A DNA stretch of 64,000 nucleotides from Octopus bimaculoides (Eukaryota). Position numbers and translations under genes: made by a program. How positions within the stretch are numbered: position 1 is the stretch's first letter; the number at the start of each line of letters is the position of its first letter. Of this stretch, positions 60,440 through 64,000 are shown piece after piece. The DNA is taken from positions 90,587,087 to 90,651,086 of the forward strand of contig NC_068981.1 in assembly GCF_001194135.2 (NCBI RefSeq), in the 5' to 3' direction. The notes beneath the pieces are model-generated. The model did not search any database, was not told the origin of the DNA, and saw nothing but the letters and a program-made list of their open reading frames with translations.

Positions 60440-61049
60440 ACTATGTTAGGACTGGAATGGCAATTAAAAAAAGGAGACCGATGGATGAAAAGAATATTGG
60501 TGGGTCCAAAGAGTAAAAGTTGTAATCAAGTTCAAATATAACCGACTTTATCTGGTCTGGGAATGCAAAAGAAAAAATATCTACTATGGAAATCAACTCC
60601 CATTTGATGTCAAAGTTGTACGAAAAATATAAGAGAAAGCAGACATCTATGGATCACTGATGATGAGTCAACAAATCTAGTACATTGCTTGTGAATATAC
60701 TTTCATCTATATACTTATTGTAGGAATTTGAACCCCATACACGAAATTACCCGTCGCTGTCATGAATGAACGGTACCATTTTCATATGAACAACCAAATT
60801 ATCGACAAATCAGCTTGAATCCATGTTGTGAACATCATCTCGAATGTTCATGAAGTTCGGACTGTTTTTCACTAGTAAAGGAGTTTGGCGCCTAAATCAT
60901 CGCAGAGCGCTGTTGCCAGCTGAATGATTCACACATGCCTCACCTCTTACCAGTCAGAGATTTCGAGACCACTACAGAGAACATATATCTCACCTCTCGC
61001 CATAAACTAGAGCAGGGCAGAACTCTGTTGGAATTTCAAGCTGGACATA

Positions 61050-61261
61050 CGAAGGAGTACTGAAAAGTTCTTGGCTTTAAGGATATCGCGGAAGGCCTGG
61101 TTGGAGGCCCAACCTTCCGAGTTCTTTTTACAGGGCTTAGAAAAACTGAAGGATAGCTGCAACAAGTGTGTGAATCTGAGAGGGGAATATGTTTAAATCA
61201 ATTATCTGGTCCTCCTGTACTTTCTTTTACCCAAAGTCAGGAACTTTCCAGCACCCTCTCG
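61050..61261 (+). mobile_element. mariner-derived miniature element with TIRs and transposase C-terminal remnant
   Basis: TA|cgaaggagtactgaaaagttcttggcttt ... aaagtcaggaactttccagcaccctctcg|TA; internal FFLQGLEKLKDSCNKCVNLRGEYV. Confidence 0.85.
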
Positions 61262-63083
61262 TATCTCGTTTCTCACCAAGCAAATCAAGAAAATATTTCA
61301 GGCTTTGGTGGATTCATATCTTTTTATCTCTCATTTTCCTGATAACTAATGGCCGAACAAATACAGTTAAGTTAATCCTTGCATTCTAGTCTTGTTACCA
61401 GTGAGGATTTGATAATTAATGCGTGTATAAGCTTTTAGCCTTTTTTTTATACACAGTATTCCTATGTTTTCAGCTATGGAAATTACAATTTTGCTAAAAT
61501 AAGTAGATGGATAGAATAAACAAATGATGGGGCTTTTTTGGCATTCTACCTAGACGGAATGTGGAATAGACGAAAACCAAAATAATGCCATATATCTAAT
61601 AAACATGTGAACAAGCCACAACGCTTGCTAGTTGATCCCTCAACTCATAACAACCGAGGACACTGTGGCTTATCGACAGTATATTTACAAAGGGAGACTA
61701 AATATCTGTTCAATGAACACATTGTATACTGTCTAATATTCGTGTTTATAAAATCGTTTTGTTGGTACTTTCATTAATCAATCTCGTCCGTCAGACTCCT
61801 ACCATGTAAATAGCATAATACAAATGGCTATTTGTTTACATTTTTGATAAGGTGATTTATTCTTCAAAACTTCGGATGGTGCAAGCTGAGGTGAACGGCC
61901 TTGATAAGTTATAAAAAAATGGAATTAACACGAAACCCATGACTGTCGATTCGTTCATTCTTATCTACCGAACACACTGTGGCTTGTTTGCGATATTTCT
62001 TTCCTCAGCGAGACTATTTTTTTTTATTAAACATATTATACATAATTTTGTATGTACATTTATTGAAAACAACGTTGTATTGCTGCTATTGTTAGCATAT
62101 TGTTTATACAAGGCTTCTAGATGTATTTTCTCAGTCAGATCGGGAATAAAATACACAGCTTTCCGTCACGACTAAGAGAGAAAATAGTACTTTAATCACA
62201 CAGAATTTGTAAACGACACTGAGGCGAGGGGAAATTGAGTATTGTAATTTAAGACAAAATTTCTGTAGAAATGGCTGTAACTACTGACTACTCTGCGAGG
62301 CAATATAAGAGTTCTACTTCCTAAATGTCTTAAGAAATGTCTAAAAACAGTTATCAAAAGAAGAGACATAAATTCACGTTTGCCAATCGGTAGGTGTGAA
62401 TTTACGAAATTGGTATCTTCATGTGATTGAAGAATAAATATACTCTCTTAAAAGCTGTTTTTATAGCTGCATATTCAACTTGGAATGATCGAAGAAGACA
62501 TGCCACGGTACCTGAATATGTATGTAAAAATTAGCCCAAATGTTGAACTTTTAACATAGACTTTCTGTACGTGTCATATTACGCTGTTCTATCTGGATGT
62601 TTCCAATAACTGCACTGCTTGAACACCTTTCCTAATAATGTAAGAAATATATTATGTTCCATCACATGAAGAAACCTCTTTTGTTACACTATCAAGACAA
62701 TGCTTGAAAGTGTGGTATTATTTCGCATCGATGTTCATGGTGTTAGATTTATTATGAAATGCGATATTTCAATAAGGATTATCAACTCTCCACGACTCAA
62801 GCTAAAGTGAAATAAATTTGTTAAGCTTGTACCCTGTAACATGTGCAATATCTAAATTTCGTTGTAACCTAAATAAATAGATTTAGGACCTTTTCTGTTT
62901 GCTTTTCCCTTTTAAACTCCTTCGATTTTGTTCCATTTGATTACAAATTTGGTGTATTGATGTAGTTTTGTATGCTAATTATGGAAATGAAATTCATTTT
63001 CGCCACAAATTAATAAGCAGTTAATATCTTTTGAAGTTTACAAATTTTGGGTAATTTTTGCCAGTCGAACGTCACAGATGCTT

Positions 63084-63097
63084 GTTTCCATAGTAAC
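63084..63097. promoter_or_regulatory. RFX X-box-like motif
   Basis: GTTTCCATAGTAAC fits the X-box consensus GTYNCY-AT-RGNAAC. Confidence 0.35.
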
Positions 63098-64000
63098 AAG
63101 CCAAGCTGTTCTGTAACCTGTGTAGCTCTCGTGAACCGCAGCATTGAGTTTATTAACTCGAAAAATGGTACCTACACGGGCCTCTGAAAAGCGAAGTAAT
63201 AAACGACACTGTGACACTCACTGTTCTACGGTTGACTCGTGTATGGAAATGAAATTCATTTTCGCCACAAATGAATAAATAAGCAGTTAATATCTTTCAA
63301 TATCTCTGCAAGTTTATGTGGTGCAGGAAATACGAAAATTGTAATTCATTTAAGAAAATCCTAGAGTGCATCGTAAACTTTCGTTTTTGAATTTTCGATT
63401 TTCATGTATTCGTGAACTGAACTACAGTTTTTTTTTCATAATTTAACGTTTTCGCTGCAAAATATGTTGTTTACTCTTTCCTGGTCACTTTTTGCATTAT
63501 ACGTTTATTAAATGCTTAAAACTTAGAACTTCCATCGTTGAATGTTTTCTCGTCGCAACGAATGTTTTGTCGTAATTTTATCATGAGTGTTTTGTCGTCG
63601 TAACGTTGTCGTCACGTACAAAATGACAGCTTCCAAATCCAAGGTAAAAATAATCATACTTTCAGCCTCTGACTTTTTAAGATAATTTTCTGGAACAAAT
63701 GAATAACGTCGTCAGATTCAGCGAGAAAAATTACACCACGTTCCCGTAACTTAGCGGTTCGGCAAAAGAGACCGATAGAATAAGTACTAGGCATCCCGCT
63801 TAGTCTTAAAATTTCAAATCGTGAAAGCAAACAGAAAAGATTCTATATTTATAAATGCATTGACTTCTCTCAACTTTATTCATTCCTTCTGAACCGCTCA
63901 AAATATCTATGTAACTGAAGTTACCCACCAAATGTATCAAATATTTCACTTGCAACGTCTATGAATTAGATATAGTCCGCATATAGGCGAAGGAGTGACT

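Overview
AT-rich, microsatellite- and transposon-dense animal genomic DNA with 13 N-gaps. The SINE repertoire suggests a cephalopod, probably Octopus (inference, not verified). The only confidently identified host gene is NUBPL (Ind1, the mitochondrial Fe-S/complex I assembly P-loop ATPase) on the minus strand: exon 1 at 5970-5863 and exon 2 at 2201-2051, with the remainder in the first gap or left of the window. The rest is mostly decayed mobile DNA: several tRNA-derived SINE families, RTE/CR1/RLE-type LINE fragments, Penelope-like 3' ends with hammerhead-like motifs, Tc1/mariner, hAT, piggyBac, Ginger-like and Helitron pieces, Gypsy fragments, solo LTRs and a tRNA-iMet pseudogene. Notable structures are a 283-bp near-perfect palindrome (11896-12178), a four-level nested insertion (hAT > Tc1 > Gypsy > SAP-domain TIR element, 41517-48567), and a visible switch from CpG-depleted to CpG-retaining sequence near 41 kb. 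That switch may mark an unidentified methylated gene body at about 6-41 kb. I found no convincing novel multi-gene system. Repeat boundaries were read by eye; those without a stated TSD are approximate.
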